The position numbers were made by a program, and so were the translations under genes. From positions 30,391-94,390 of the forward strand of contig JBKPAF010000035.1 in assembly GCA_046726275.1 (NCBI GenBank): a DNA stretch of 64,000 nucleotides, given 5' to 3'. The notes under the pieces are model-generated. The model was not told the DNA's origin. It made no database searches and saw nothing but the letters and a program-made list of their open reading frames with translations. Positions within the stretch are counted from its first letter, which is position 1, and every line of letters begins with the position of its first letter. This DNA comes from Actinomycetota bacterium (GTDB taxonomy: Bacteria > Actinomycetota > UBA4738). Positions 19,001 through 30,300 of the stretch are shown piece by piece.

Positions 19001-19627
19001 TCAGTCCACCAGGCCCTTGCGCAGGGCGATCGCGACCGCTTGGGCGCGGTCGTTCGCACCGAGTTTCTCGAAGATCCGTTCGAGGTGCGTCTTGACGGTA
19101 TGCGGGGAGATGTTCAGGTCGTGGGCGACTTCCTTCGTGGTGGCTCCGTAGGCGACCTTCTGAAGGATCTGTGACTCCCGCTTGGACAGGGGCGTCTCCC
19201 GGGGAGTCTCCACGTACTGGATCTCCTCGATGAATGCCCGGGTGAGCGTGGGGTGGATGACGGCCTTGCCCTCGAGGGCGAGCCGCGCCGCTTGGATCAG
19301 CTCGCTGGCGCTGACGTCCTTCAGGAGATACCCCGACACCCCTGCTCGAATGGCGTCCGCGATCGCGGCCCGCGACTCCTCGATCGTGAACAGGATGACC
19401 TTGGTCTCCGGCGCGATGTCTCGGATCACCCGAGTGGCCTCGAGCCCGTCCATCCCCGGCATCCGGACGTCCATGAACACGACCTCGGGGGAGAGCTCCT
19501 TGACGGCGTCGATCGCTTCCGCGCCGTTCGTCGCCTCTCCCACCACCTGGACGTCGTCGGAGGTGGAAAGAGCGGATCGCAACCCGTCTCTGGTGACCGG
19601 ATGGTCGTCCACGATGAGCACGCGCAT
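19001..19627 (-). CDS. NarL/LuxR-family response regulator (orphan)
   Basis: Receiver domain (MRVLIVDDHPVTRDG...D) plus a LuxR HTH (LSKRESQILQKVAYGATTKEVAHDLNISPHTVKTHLERIFEKLG). Confidence 0.85.
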   Translation of the reverse strand: MRVLIVDDHPVTRDGLRSALSTSDDVQVVGEATNGAEAIDAVKELSPEVVFMDVRMPGMDGLEATRVIRDIAPETKVILFTIEESRAAIADAIRAGVSGYLLKDVSASELIQAARLALEGKAVIHPTLTRAFIEEIQYVETPRETPLSKRESQILQKVAYGATTKEVAHDLNISPHTVKTHLERIFEKLGANDRAQAVAIALRKGLVD

Positions 19628-19734
19628 GTTCGGCCCCTACGTTAGACGCCGTAGCATGTCTACTGTGGCGTCGAGCCTAGAATAGCCCCCAAGAGGCCTC
19701 AAATGACGCAGCCTTAGGCTCCTGGAGACGTGAG

Positions 19735-20124
19735 ATGAGCGAGCAGTCCGAGCTGAACGAAGCCCCGGCGGATGCCTGGGACCCCCCTGGGTCGAATGGA
19801 CGGGAGGCGCCTTCGGCGGACCGGGAAATCCTGAAGGAGCATGTCCTCGAGGCGCTGAAGAACGTGGTCGACCCCGAGCTCGGGATCAACATCGTCGACC
19901 TGGGCCTGGTCTATGGGGTCGATATCCAGGAGAGCAGCGTCCACATCACGTACACCCTCACCACCATGGGATGCCCGATCGGGCCGCTGATCGAGGCGGA
20001 GATGAAGCAGTTCCTGTCAGGGGTGGAAGGGGTCGACCAGGTGGAGGCGGAGATGGTGCTGCGCCCGCCGTGGACGCCGGAGATGATGTCCGACGAGGCG
20101 AAAGCGGCCCTCGGCTTCTTCTGA
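19735..20124 (+). CDS. DUF59/MIP18-family Fe-S assembly protein (SufT-like)
   Basis: Motifs VLEALKNVVDPELGINIVDLGLVYGV and the conserved Cys (TTMGCP). Confidence 0.75.
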   Translation: MSEQSELNEAPADAWDPPGSNGREAPSADREILKEHVLEALKNVVDPELGINIVDLGLVYGVDIQESSVHITYTLTTMGCPIGPLIEAEMKQFLSGVEGVDQVEAEMVLRPPWTPEMMSDEAKAALGFF

Positions 20125-20216
20125 CGCCGTAGGGGAAATCCCCCTTGCGTGAGGCACGGTCGGCTTTGCATAATTCCTAGCTCGCGGATGGGATTTGAGC
20201 GAAAGGGGGGCTTCTG

Positions 20217-21065
20217 ATGGCCGAGTACGCGAACAAGGACGTGCTGGTCGACACGGAGTGGCTGGAAGGGAAGCTGGACGATCCCAAGGTCCGGGTCGTC
20301 GAGGTCGACGAGGACACCCAGGCGTACGAGAAAGGACACATCCCGAACGCCCTCGGGTGGAACTGGAACACCGATCTTCACGCCCCCGTCGGACGTGACT
20401 ACGTGGACCAGGAGGGGCTGTCCAAGCTCCTTCAGAAGGCTGGCGTGGGTCCGGACACGACCCTGGTCCTGTACGGAGGCAACAACAACTGGTTCGCCGC
20501 CTATGCCTACTGGCTGCTGCGCTATCTGGGCTACGGCAACGCGAAGCTGCTGAATGGCGGTAGGAAGAAGTGGGAGTTGGAGAGCCGGGCGATGACGAGC
20601 GAGGTCCCCTCGTTCTCCGGAACCGACTACAGGATCGACTCGCCGGTGAACGGCGACTTCCGTTCGTTTCGGGACGACGTTCTGTCCAAGTCCAAGGCGG
20701 GCAACACCGCGTTCGTGGACGTACGGTCCCCCGAGGAGTATCGGGGGGAGAAGCTGGCTCCCGACCACCTGCCTCAGGAGCAGGCGCAGGTGCCCGGCCA
20801 CATCCCCGGCGCGGCCAATGTCCCGTGGGGCAAGGCGGCCAACGATGACGGCTCGTTCAAGTCCGCCGATGAGCTCAAGGCCCTCTACGAGGGCGTGGGC
20901 GTCACTCCCGACAAGGAAGTGATCGCGTACTGCCGGATCGGCGAGCGCTCGTCGCACACGTGGTTCGCCCTCCACGAGCTCCTGGGGTACGACAACGTGA
21001 AGAACTACGACGGGAGCTGGACGGAGTACGGGTCGCTGGTCGGGGTCCCGGTCGAGAAGGGCTAG
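20217..21065 (+). CDS. Thiosulfate/3-mercaptopyruvate sulfurtransferase (tandem rhodanese)
   Basis: Two rhodanese domains. Active-site loop CRIGERSS in the second. Confidence 0.85.
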   Translation: MAEYANKDVLVDTEWLEGKLDDPKVRVVEVDEDTQAYEKGHIPNALGWNWNTDLHAPVGRDYVDQEGLSKLLQKAGVGPDTTLVLYGGNNNWFAAYAYWLLRYLGYGNAKLLNGGRKKWELESRAMTSEVPSFSGTDYRIDSPVNGDFRSFRDDVLSKSKAGNTAFVDVRSPEEYRGEKLAPDHLPQEQAQVPGHIPGAANVPWGKAANDDGSFKSADELKALYEGVGVTPDKEVIAYCRIGERSSHTWFALHELLGYDNVKNYDGSWTEYGSLVGVPVEKG

Positions 21066-21083
21066 GCGCGAACCGAGCGTCGC

Positions 21084-23525
21084 TCAGGCGGCTTCGCCCG
21101 GCAGGAACACCTTGAACGAGGCCCCGCCCCCGGGGCGTTGGTCAACCCATGCCCGGCCGCCGTGGAGCTCGGCGAACTTGGACACGAGCGACAAACCGAT
21201 GCCTACCCCGGGGGTGTGACTGGTCGCGTCGGGACCCTGTCGGAAGGGCTCGAAGATGGTGTCCTTGAGGGTGTCCGATATGCCGGGCCCGTCGTCCTCG
21301 ACGCACAGCAGCACCCCACCGTGCTCTGGGCAGACCCGCACCCAGATCGTCGTTTCGGGAGGCGTGTGACGAGCCGCGTTCGCCAGGAGGTTCTCGACGA
21401 TGCGCTCTACCTTCGAGGCATCGAGGGAGATCACGACAGGTTGGGTGGCCACGCGTACCGATCGGGCTCCAACGAGGTCAGAGCTGTCCGCGATCGTTCG
21501 CACCAGGGCCGCGACGTCGGTCGGCCGCCGTCTCGGCTCCATGATTCCCCGGTCCAGCCGGTCGAGATCCAGGAGGTCGGAGAGCAGCTGGTCCAACTTG
21601 CGAGCGTTCGCCGCCAGACGGTGCACGAGGTCCGCGCGTTCCTCCGCGGGAAGCTGGAACTCGTCGCGCTCGAGGGTCAGGGACAGGCCCAGCACCGCCG
21701 ACAGGGGAGTCCTGAGCTCGTGGGAGACCGCGTGCAGGAAGGTGGTCTTGAGCTCGTCGAGAGCCCTGAGCCGCTCGGCAGCTTCCCGCTCAATCGACAG
21801 GGCCCGTTCCAGATCTTCCTCGGCCTGCTTCCGTTCGGTGATGTCGAAGATCACGCCTTGGAGAAGTAGATCACCTGAGTGCCGGCTCGTGACCACCCAG
21901 TCGTCCCGCACCCACACGACCCGGCCGTCCTTGGCGAACAGTCGGTATTCGCACTGGATTGGTTCCATGGTCCGACGACTCTGCTCCTCCAGGGCCAGGA
22001 CGGCCGGGGCGTCATCCGAATGGAGCTGTCTGCTCCAGAGGGCCGGTGTTGCCATCCACTCCTCTGGAGTGAAACCGAGGATCACCTCGACCTGAGGACT
22101 TACGAAGAGCCAGCGGCCCTGGTCGCCGAACTCGGCCGTGTAGGTGATAGCTGGGATACGTTCCACGAGCAGGCGGTACCGCTCCTCGCTCGCGCGGAGT
22201 GCGTCCTGTGCCCTCACCCGTTCCGTAGCGTCCCGCGCCACCATCTGAACGGCGATGTCACCCTCGTATTGGAACGGCGTGGCGGCCACCTCGACATCGA
22301 CGGCCTCGCCATCGACGCGCAGGAACTTCTGACCCACCAGCGGTACCGCTCGCCCCTCCTGGAGCTCCAGGAGTCGTTGCCTGACCAGAGGCCGGGACTC
22401 GGGGTGGATGAACTGGAGCCAGGGTTGTCCGACGAGCTCTTCGGGTTCCCCGGTCCCGATCAGCTTCGCCGCGGCCCGGTTGGCGAACTCGACCACGCCC
22501 CGCTTGTGCACGACGATTGCGTCCGGAGAGAGCTCCACCAGACGCCGGTATCGATCCTCGCTCTCACGGAGCGCCTCATCGGACCTCGCCTGGTGGATGC
22601 TCACGCCGAACAGGCCGGCCGCCGCCTTGAGAGCTCTGATCTCTGCGGGCGACCAGTCGCGTTCGTTGCGGAGCTGGCCATAGCTGATCGTGCCCCACCA
22701 TTCCGCTCCGACGAAGATCGGAACGATCGCGATCGACAGATAGCCTTCCCGGTGGAGCCAGGGTCGCTCGTTCGGGGGGAAGTCTCGGACGTGACCGCTG
22801 ACCACGCCGCCACCCCCCAGCACCCCGATCCAGCGGTCGCAACCCATCGCTCGATAGGAGAGGCCGCCAAGCTCGTCGGAGCCGGAGTGGTCAGGTGGGT
22901 GGATGTCCCGATCCGTCCACGAATGCAACCCGTGCACGTGGATGTCGCCATCCTCCCCTTGGATGTTCTGGTTGACGGCCACCCGGTCCACGCTGGCCGC
23001 AAACGCAAGACGCCTCAGCACCTCCTGGATCCCCTCGGCCTCGGCACTTCCCGCGAGGAACTGTTCCGCGGCGAAGGCGACGGCCTCGAGGATCCGTCCC
23101 CGTGCGTGGATCTCGTTCTCGGTCTTCCTTCGTGGAGTGACGTCTCGAACGATGCCCAGGACCCCGGTTGCCTCGCCGTCCTCCATCAAGGGGGTGACGG
23201 TGAACTCGCCGAACAGGTACTCGCCAGAGCTCGTGAGGATCCGCAACTCGAAGGTGGGTGTCCGCTCGGCGCTCAGGGCCCGCGCGAGCATGTCCAGAGC
23301 CAGAGCAAGGTCATCCGGATGGATCAGCTGGTGCAGGGGCTTGTCGATCCAGCGATCCCGAGGCCACCCGGTCAGCCGCTCGAATGCTTCGTTGAACGAC
23401 GACAGGATGGCCTGCGGCGAGATGGTGAGAATGACGTCGGGGGCTGCTTCGATGAGCGCGCGGGAACGCTGGTCTGACTCGGGCAGAGCCAACTCCGCAT
23501 GCTCACGCTCGCTCAAGCCGAACAT
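21084..23525 (-). CDS. Cytoplasmic multi-sensor histidine kinase (PAS-GAF-PAS-HisKA-HATPase)
   Basis: HisKA H-box HAVSHELRTPLSAVLG. HATPase G-boxes (DDGPGI, GVGIGLSLV). The region upstream of these is PAS/GAF-like. I chose the start at 23525 (MFGLSEREH), which has a GGAGGA RBS. The maximal ORF extends to 23714. Confidence 0.85.
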   Translation of the reverse strand: MFGLSEREHAELALPESDQRSRALIEAAPDVILTISPQAILSSFNEAFERLTGWPRDRWIDKPLHQLIHPDDLALALDMLARALSAERTPTFELRILTSSGEYLFGEFTVTPLMEDGEATGVLGIVRDVTPRRKTENEIHARGRILEAVAFAAEQFLAGSAEAEGIQEVLRRLAFAASVDRVAVNQNIQGEDGDIHVHGLHSWTDRDIHPPDHSGSDELGGLSYRAMGCDRWIGVLGGGGVVSGHVRDFPPNERPWLHREGYLSIAIVPIFVGAEWWGTISYGQLRNERDWSPAEIRALKAAAGLFGVSIHQARSDEALRESEDRYRRLVELSPDAIVVHKRGVVEFANRAAAKLIGTGEPEELVGQPWLQFIHPESRPLVRQRLLELQEGRAVPLVGQKFLRVDGEAVDVEVAATPFQYEGDIAVQMVARDATERVRAQDALRASEERYRLLVERIPAITYTAEFGDQGRWLFVSPQVEVILGFTPEEWMATPALWSRQLHSDDAPAVLALEEQSRRTMEPIQCEYRLFAKDGRVVWVRDDWVVTSRHSGDLLLQGVIFDITERKQAEEDLERALSIEREAAERLRALDELKTTFLHAVSHELRTPLSAVLGLSLTLERDEFQLPAEERADLVHRLAANARKLDQLLSDLLDLDRLDRGIMEPRRRPTDVAALVRTIADSSDLVGARSVRVATQPVVISLDASKVERIVENLLANAARHTPPETTIWVRVCPEHGGVLLCVEDDGPGISDTLKDTIFEPFRQGPDATSHTPGVGIGLSLVSKFAELHGGRAWVDQRPGGGASFKVFLPGEAA

Positions 23526-23703
23526 CCCGGTATCCTCCGCAGGACGCGCGGAGTTCCTCCTGCTCCGGTTATCGACGGGTGAAAGGCCTGGATGAAGCAT
23601 GGAAAGGGCCTGTAGGGGGCGATGAATGGCCTCTGACCTGGGATTTTGAATCCGATTGGCTAGATCGACTTTGAACCCGGCCGGCATGTAGACTTGGTTC
23701 ACG

Positions 23704-25116
23704 ATGGCTATCACTCAGGAAGAACACCTCAGGGAACTGACCAAGGGATATCGCTTCGGCTGGAAGGATCCCTCGCACTCCGTCTTCACTCCGAAGAAGG
23801 GACTGTCCGAGGAGGTCGTCGAAGAGATCTCCCATCTGAAGTCCGAGCCGGACTGGATGCGCAAGTTCCGGCTGAAGGCCCTCAAGCACTTCCGGGCCAG
23901 GCCCATGCCGTGGTGGGGGGCCGATCTTTCCGAGATCGACTTCGACGACATCTACTACTTCATCCGGTCCACCGAGAAGCAGGCCAAGTCCTGGGAGGAC
24001 CTTCCTGAGGACATCCGCGGCACGTGGGACAAGCTCGGGATCCCCGAAGCCGAGAAGAAATACTTGGGCGGGGTGAGCGCGCAGTACGAATCCGAGGTCG
24101 TGTACCACAAGATCAAGGAGGAGCTGGACTCCATCGGCGTCATCTTCACGGACATGGACTCGGGCCTGCGCGAGCATCCGGACATCGTGAAGCAGTACTT
24201 CGGGTCGATCATCCCCCCGAACGACAACAAGTTTGCCGCCCTGAACTCGGCCGTCTGGTCGGGAGGATCGTTCGTGTACGTGCCGGAGGGCGTGCACGTC
24301 GACATCCCGCTGCAGGCCTACTTCCGAATCAACGCGGAGAACATGGGCCAGTTCGAGAGGACCCTGATCATCGCCGAGCCGGGCTCCTACGTGCACTACG
24401 TGGAGGGATGCAGCGCTCCGATCTACACGAGCGACTCGCTGCACTCGGCCGTCGTGGAGATCATCGTCAAGCCGGGCGCGCGGGTCCGGTACACCACGAT
24501 CCAGAACTGGTCGACCAACGTGTACAACCTGGTGACCAAGCGAGCCGCTGCGTACGAGGACGCCGTGATGGAGTGGATCGACGGCAACATCGGCTCGAAG
24601 GTGACCATGAAGTACCCGTCGATCTATCTGCTGGGCAAGGGCGCCCGCGGCGAGGTGCTGTCGGTGGCGTACGCGGGGCCGGGCATGCATACAGATGCTG
24701 GCGGCAAGGCGATCCATGTCGCCCCACACACCTCTTCGGTGATCACGTCGAAGTCGGTGTCCAAGGGAGGCGGCCGTACCGGCTACCGCGGACTGATCCG
24801 GGTGGAGCCCGAGGCCCATCACGCCAAGTCGATCGTTCGGTGTGACGCGTTGATCCTGGACGACGAGTCCCGCTCTGACACCTACCCGTACGTGGAGGTG
24901 GAGGAGCAGACGGCGCAGCTCGGCCACGAGGCCACCGTGTCACGGGTCGGTGAAGACCAGCTCTTCTACCTTATGAGCCGCGGTCTTTCCGAGGCCGAGG
25001 CCACCGCCATGGTGGTCAACGGCTTCATCGAGCCGATCACCCGCGAGCTGCCCATGGAGTACGCCGTGGAGCTGAACCGCCTGGTCGAGCTCCAGATGGA
25101 AGGCGCCATCGGCTAG
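23704..25116 (+). CDS. sufB: Fe-S cluster assembly protein SufB
   Basis: 470 aa. Strong SufB-like sequence throughout ([20 protein letters not shown] ... [13 protein letters not shown] ...). Confidence 0.9.
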   Translation: MAITQEEHLRELTKGYRFGWKDPSHSVFTPKKGLSEEVVEEISHLKSEPDWMRKFRLKALKHFRARPMPWWGADLSEIDFDDIYYFIRSTEKQAKSWEDLPEDIRGTWDKLGIPEAEKKYLGGVSAQYESEVVYHKIKEELDSIGVIFTDMDSGLREHPDIVKQYFGSIIPPNDNKFAALNSAVWSGGSFVYVPEGVHVDIPLQAYFRINAENMGQFERTLIIAEPGSYVHYVEGCSAPIYTSDSLHSAVVEIIVKPGARVRYTTIQNWSTNVYNLVTKRAAAYEDAVMEWIDGNIGSKVTMKYPSIYLLGKGARGEVLSVAYAGPGMHTDAGGKAIHVAPHTSSVITSKSVSKGGGRTGYRGLIRVEPEAHHAKSIVRCDALILDDESRSDTYPYVEVEEQTAQLGHEATVSRVGEDQLFYLMSRGLSEAEATAMVVNGFIEPITRELPMEYAVELNRLVELQMEGAIG

Positions 25117-25243
25117 CCAGGGGCAATCCGGCCGGAGCCCGGCCTCTCCAGGCCACCATGCAGTTGACGTATTGAGTCCTCGGCTCCAACGGGTATAGCG
25201 TCCTTCATCGGACGATCGACCAGGCGGAGCGGGCTGCCTCTCG

Positions 25244-26524
25244 GTGAGGAGCGGGGAGGATGCACTGATGGTGGCCTTAGGGGAGGGCCAAGTCCCGCCG
25301 GCTCATCGAGACCTCAGCTCCACCCGCCCGGCATGGGTGCGGTTTTTCTCCTCGAAGCCAACCGTACAGGACGCGGTGATCGCCGCGCTCCTGGCCGCGG
25401 CATCTGTATGGGGCGTCCTGGCACATATCCAGGTTGACATCCCGGAGGGCGGAAGCGAGGCTTCGAATCGAAGCCTCGACGCGTTGGGGATCGGCCTCAT
25501 CCTGCTCCAGACCATCCCGCTCGCGTGGCGCAGGAGGGCGCCGCTCCCGGTCCTGTCGATCGTCGCGGCGGCATTGTTCCTGTTTTCTGTCCTCGACTAT
25601 CCCCGATCGCTCGCCGCATTCGGCTTCCTGGTGGCCCTATACACGGTCGCTGCCCACCGAGATCGGCGGACGTCCGTACCGGCGGGCCTCGGTTGCGCGC
25701 TCGTCGTCCTTCTGATCCTCTTGATGTCGAAGGAACCACTGGAGCCGGATGCGCTCATCGCGGAGTATCTGTTGCTCGGGGCCACGTGGTTCATCGGAGA
25801 TGGGCTTCGGAACCGGCGCGGGCAGGTGGTCCTGCTGGAGGATCGAGCGACGAGGTTGGAGAGGGAGCGTGAGGAGCGAGCGCAGCGAGCGGTGGCCGAA
25901 GAGCGCCGGGTGATCGCTCGGGAGCTCCACGACGTGGTGGCCCACAATGTGAGCGTCATGGTTGCCCAGGCCGGGGCAGCTCAGCGAATCTTCGACGCCC
26001 AACCGGGGGAGGCCAGGGACGCTCTCTCCGCCATCGAGGAGATGGGCCGTGAAGCACTGGTGGAGATGCGGCGTCTGATGGGCTTCCTGAGAACGGACAC
26101 TGACGACGAGGCGGCAAGGTCGCCTCAGCCCGGGCTGAACAACCTCGAGGTCCTCGTGAAGCAGGTGCGGGAGGCCGGGATCCCCGTCAGCCTGAAGATC
26201 GAGGGAGACCCCCGGCCGATCCCGGCCGGCCTGGACCTCTCTGCCTTTCGCATCATCCAGGAAGCGCTGACGAACGTCCTCAAGCACGCAGGGCCGGCCC
26301 GGGTCGAGGTCGTGGTCCGGTACCGGCAAGATCACCTGGAGATCCTGGTCGCCGACGATGGGACTGGTCTACATGGCCAACCTGACAGCCTCAGGCCGCG
26401 GTTCGGGCATCTCGGGATGCGCGAGCGCGTCGCCCTCTTCGGAGGTGAACTCCGAACTGGGGAGCGACCCGGCGGGGGCTACGAGATCGCCGCTTCTCTG
26501 CCCCTGGACGGGGAGACATCTTGA
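25244..26524 (+). CDS. Membrane sensor histidine kinase, NarX/LiaS type (HisKA_3)
   Basis: N-terminal TM helices. H-box ARELHDVVAHNVSVM. HATPase at the C-terminus. Confidence 0.8.
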   Translation: MRSGEDALMVALGEGQVPPAHRDLSSTRPAWVRFFSSKPTVQDAVIAALLAAASVWGVLAHIQVDIPEGGSEASNRSLDALGIGLILLQTIPLAWRRRAPLPVLSIVAAALFLFSVLDYPRSLAAFGFLVALYTVAAHRDRRTSVPAGLGCALVVLLILLMSKEPLEPDALIAEYLLLGATWFIGDGLRNRRGQVVLLEDRATRLEREREERAQRAVAEERRVIARELHDVVAHNVSVMVAQAGAAQRIFDAQPGEARDALSAIEEMGREALVEMRRLMGFLRTDTDDEAARSPQPGLNNLEVLVKQVREAGIPVSLKIEGDPRPIPAGLDLSAFRIIQEALTNVLKHAGPARVEVVVRYRQDHLEILVADDGTGLHGQPDSLRPRFGHLGMRERVALFGGELRTGERPGGGYEIAASLPLDGETS

Positions 26525-27186
26525 CGATCCGGGTCCTTGTCGCTGATGACCAGCCGCTCATGCGAACAGCGTTCGACATGACGCTTCGGGCAGAGGAGGA
26601 CATCGAACTCGTCGGTGAGGCAGCCGATGGAGAGGAAGCTATCGCGCAGTGGCGCCGCCTCCGTCCCGATGTCGTCCTCATGGACATCCGGATGCCCATC
26701 ATGGATGGGGTCGAGGCGACGAGGATCCTGGCCAGCGAGGACAAGTCGACCAAGATCCTCATCCTCACGACTTTCGACATCGACGAGTACGTCATCGAAG
26801 CACTCCGAGCGGGAGCCAGTGGCTTTCTCCTGAAGGATGTGCGGCCGGAGGAGTTGGTCATGGCGATCCAGATCGTGGCCCGGGGTGATGCCCTGCTCGC
26901 TCCGTCTGTTACGCGCCGCCTCCTGGATGCATTCGCCCACACGCTTCCGCCTGCCCGCCAAGGACCGAGCACTGAGCTGCAGCTCTTGACGCGAAGTGAG
27001 CTCAAGGTGCTTACGCTGGTGGGAAGAGGCCTCTCCAACGACGAGATCGCTCGGGAGCTCTTCGTGGCCGATACTACGGTCAGGACCCACATCCGCCATA
27101 TCTTGGAAAAGCTGAAGCTTCGCGACCGCGTGCAGGCTGTGGTGTTCGCCTACGACACGGGCCTGGTCCACCCGATGCCCCGCTAG
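26521..27186 (+). CDS. NarL/LuxR-family response regulator
   Basis: Receiver domain (LVADDQPLMR...D) plus a LuxR HTH. Overlaps the HK stop by 4 nt. Confidence 0.85.
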   Translation: MTIRVLVADDQPLMRTAFDMTLRAEEDIELVGEAADGEEAIAQWRRLRPDVVLMDIRMPIMDGVEATRILASEDKSTKILILTTFDIDEYVIEALRAGASGFLLKDVRPEELVMAIQIVARGDALLAPSVTRRLLDAFAHTLPPARQGPSTELQLLTRSELKVLTLVGRGLSNDEIARELFVADTTVRTHIRHILEKLKLRDRVQAVVFAYDTGLVHPMPR

Positions 27187-27352
27187 CCCCGGTACCGAGT
27201 TTCGTCCCTGGTGACGAGGACAGTTCGTCCGGCACGACGACGACGAGCACCAACACTCGTCCTACCGTGAGAAACAGGCATAGGTAGCAACAGGGGGATG
27301 TTGCGGCTCTCTCGAAGGGAGAAGGCATCACGATGGCGCTAGGCCTCACGTC

Positions 27353-30300
27353 ATGATGCGCGGGATCATCAGGTCGAGCCTCAGGGCCAGACGACTGATG
27401 GTCGCCCTGGCTGTGGGATTGCTCATCCTGGGCTTTTCGCAGCTCCGGGGCATGCCTCGGGACGTCCTGCCCGAATTCACCCCTCCCACCGTGGAGGTCC
27501 AGACCGAAGCCCTGGGGCTCTCCGCGGAGGAGGTGGAGCAGTTCATCACCGTCCCATTGGAACAGGACCTCCTCAACGGGGTGGCGTTCCTCGATCAGAT
27601 CCGGTCCGCGTCCGTGCCCGGCCTCTCATCCATCCAAATGGTCTTCGAACCTGGAACGGACCTCCTCAAGGCGCGGCAGGTCGTCCAGGAGCGCCTGTCC
27701 CAGGCGCAGGTGGCCCTCCCCGGGGTCCAATCCCGACCGCCCCAGATGCTCCAGCCGCTCTCCTCGACGAGCCGGGTCATGCTGATCGGCCTCTCCTCGG
27801 CCGACCTGTCCACGATCGACATGTCGATCCTCGCTCGGTGGACGATCACACCGCGTCTTCTCGGGGTGCCCGGTGTGGCGAACGTCGCTGTTTGGGGAAA
27901 CCGGGATCGACAGCTCCAGGTCCTGGTCGACCCTGCGCGCCTGCGCGAGAGTGGCGTATCCCTCCAGCAGATCGTCGAGACCACCGCGAACGCCCAGTTC
28001 GTGTCGCCGTTGACGTTCACCGAGGCCTCCACTCCGGGCACGGGCGGCATCCTGGAAACGCCGAATCAGCGCCTGGGGGTTCAACACCGACCGGTCTTCG
28101 CCACCGCGGCTGACCTCGCCAGCGTCCCGATCGAGGGTGCCGACGACAAGCCACTGGTTCTGGGCGACGTCGCCGAGGTCGTGGAGGACCATCAACCGCT
28201 GATCGGAGATGCGATCGGCCCCGGTCTTCTTCTGGTCATCGAGAAGTTTCCCGCAGCCAACACCGTCGAGGTGACCCGCGGTGTCGAGGAGGCTCTCGAG
28301 GCCCTTCGTCCTGGGCTGTCCGGGGTCGCCATCGACTCCTCCATCTATCGGGCCGCCACGTTCGTCGAGACATCGAGTCGCAACCTTCTCTGGGCGCTTC
28401 TGGTCGGGGGGGTGCTCGCGATCCTGCTCTTCGGCGCGTTGGCGTTCGAGTGGCGGACCACGTTGATCGCCGCGATCAGCCTTGTGGTTTCCCTGGCGGT
28501 TGCGGTGACGGTCCTCTCTCTGACGCAGGCCTCGCTCAACTCGATGGTCCTAGCCGGGCTGACTCTCGGGCTGGTCGTGGTGGTGGTGGAGGCCATCCTG
28601 GACGTGAGCAACCTGGCCACACGGCTCCAGGGCGATGAGACCGTAACGGCTGACCGAGTGCCGGCAACAACCGTTCTCCTGGAGGCCGCGATTGAGATGC
28701 GAAGCGCCGCGGCCTACGCGGCGCTGATCGCCCTGGTGGCCCTGGTTCCGACCCTGTTCACGAAGGGGCCATTCGGCGCGTTTTTCCCGTCGATCGGTGT
28801 CTCCTTTGCGGTGGTCATCCTCGCGTCGATGGTGGTCGCCCTGGTCGTCACGCCGGCCCTGGCGCTGTTGATGTTGTCGAAGTCACCGGAGTCCGGGCGC
28901 CGCTCCCCGATCCTCCGGTGGGTGGGGCCTCGATATGAGGAGATCCTGTCGCGCTTCATCGGGTCGCCTCGGCCCGCCTATGTGGCGGCGGGCATCGTGG
29001 TCCTGGCAGGAGTTCTCACGCTGCCGTTCCTCGAACGATCGCCGGTTCCCTCGTTCAAGGACACCAACGTCCTGATCCAGCTGAGCGGCGCACCGGGCAC
29101 GTCGCTTCAGGAGATGGACCGCATCACCGCGCGCATCGCGGAAGAGGTGCGAGCGATCCCGGGGATCGATGACGTCGGCGCCCACGCCGGTCGGGCGGTG
29201 CTGTCGGATCAGGTGGTCGGGAGCAACGCGAGCGAGGTGTGGGTGAACGTCGCTCCAGGAGCCGACTACGACGCCGCGGTGGGATCGATCCAGGAGGTCA
29301 TCCACGGGTATCCAGGCCTGGATCGGCGGATGGTCACCTATCCGCAGCAGCGGATTGAGGAGGTGCTCTCAGGTACCCAGAGTCCGATCGAGGTTCGCGT
29401 CTACGGTCCGGACCTGGACATCCTGCGCACGAAAGCGGAAGAGGTGCGTCACATCCTGGCGACGATCGACGGGGTCGTCGATCCGGTCGTCGGCTCCTCA
29501 GCCGAGGAGCCGACAGTGGAGATCGAAGTCGACCTCTCCAGCGCGCAACGGTACGGGATCAAGCCCGGTGACGTACGCCGCGCGGCTACGACTCTCCTGT
29601 CGGGTATTCGCGTCGGAAGCTTGTTCGAGGAACAGAAGGTCTTCGAGGTGGTCGTGTGGGGGACGCCCGGCGTGCGCAACGACGCATCCAGCATCAATGC
29701 GCTGCTGATCGACACGCCGGCAGGTCGGCAGGTGCGCTTGGGTGACGTTGCCGACGTGCGGATCGCTCCCGCTCCCGAGGTCATCCGGCACGACGCGGTC
29801 TCCAGGTATGTCGACGTCAGCGCGGGTGTCGCCGGGCGTAGCCCGGGCGAGGTCACCGCAGATGTCGAAAGGGCGCTTCAGAGGGTCCAGTTCCCGCTCG
29901 AGTACCACGTTGAGGTCCTGGACGAATTCGCGGAGCGGCGGGCCGCCGGCTGGCGTGTCCTCGTCTTGAGCGCTTTCGCGGCGATCGGGATCTTCGTCTT
30001 GCTTCAGGCAGCCTTTGCGAGCTGGCGCCTCTCCACGCTCGCCTTCCTGATGCTGGCCCTCGGGCTGTTGGGAGGTGCCATCGGCGCGTGGGCGGGTGGA
30101 GGCGTGGTCTCGCTCGGTTCGATCTCAGGGTTCTTTGCGGTTCTGTGGGTTGCCGCACGCCAGACGATCTACTCGATCAAGCGATACCCGACCCGCAGTG
30201 AGGAGGACGGCGAGCGATTCGACCGGACGCTTATCGTCCGAAGCGCCGGCGAATGCCTCTCACCGATGCTGATATCGACGATCGCCGCTCTCGGCGCGAT

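Noticed and set aside
21879-23477. 532-aa plus-strand ORF antisense to the PAS/GAF histidine kinase
   Set aside because: Antisense artefact. The kinase frame carries clear HisKA/HATPase motifs.
25128-25146. GC hairpin (GGCCGGagcCCGGCC) after sufB as an intrinsic terminator
   Set aside because: Perfect 6-bp stem but no following U-tract. It might still act as a terminator in a high-GC host but cannot be called from sequence alone.
27187-27352. Leader of RND1 as a structured RNA or operator array (acgacgacgacgagc repeats)
   Set aside because: I could not recognise a consistent repeat or a known riboswitch core. It is likely just promoter/operator DNA for the adjacent NarL-type RR. Left unassigned.
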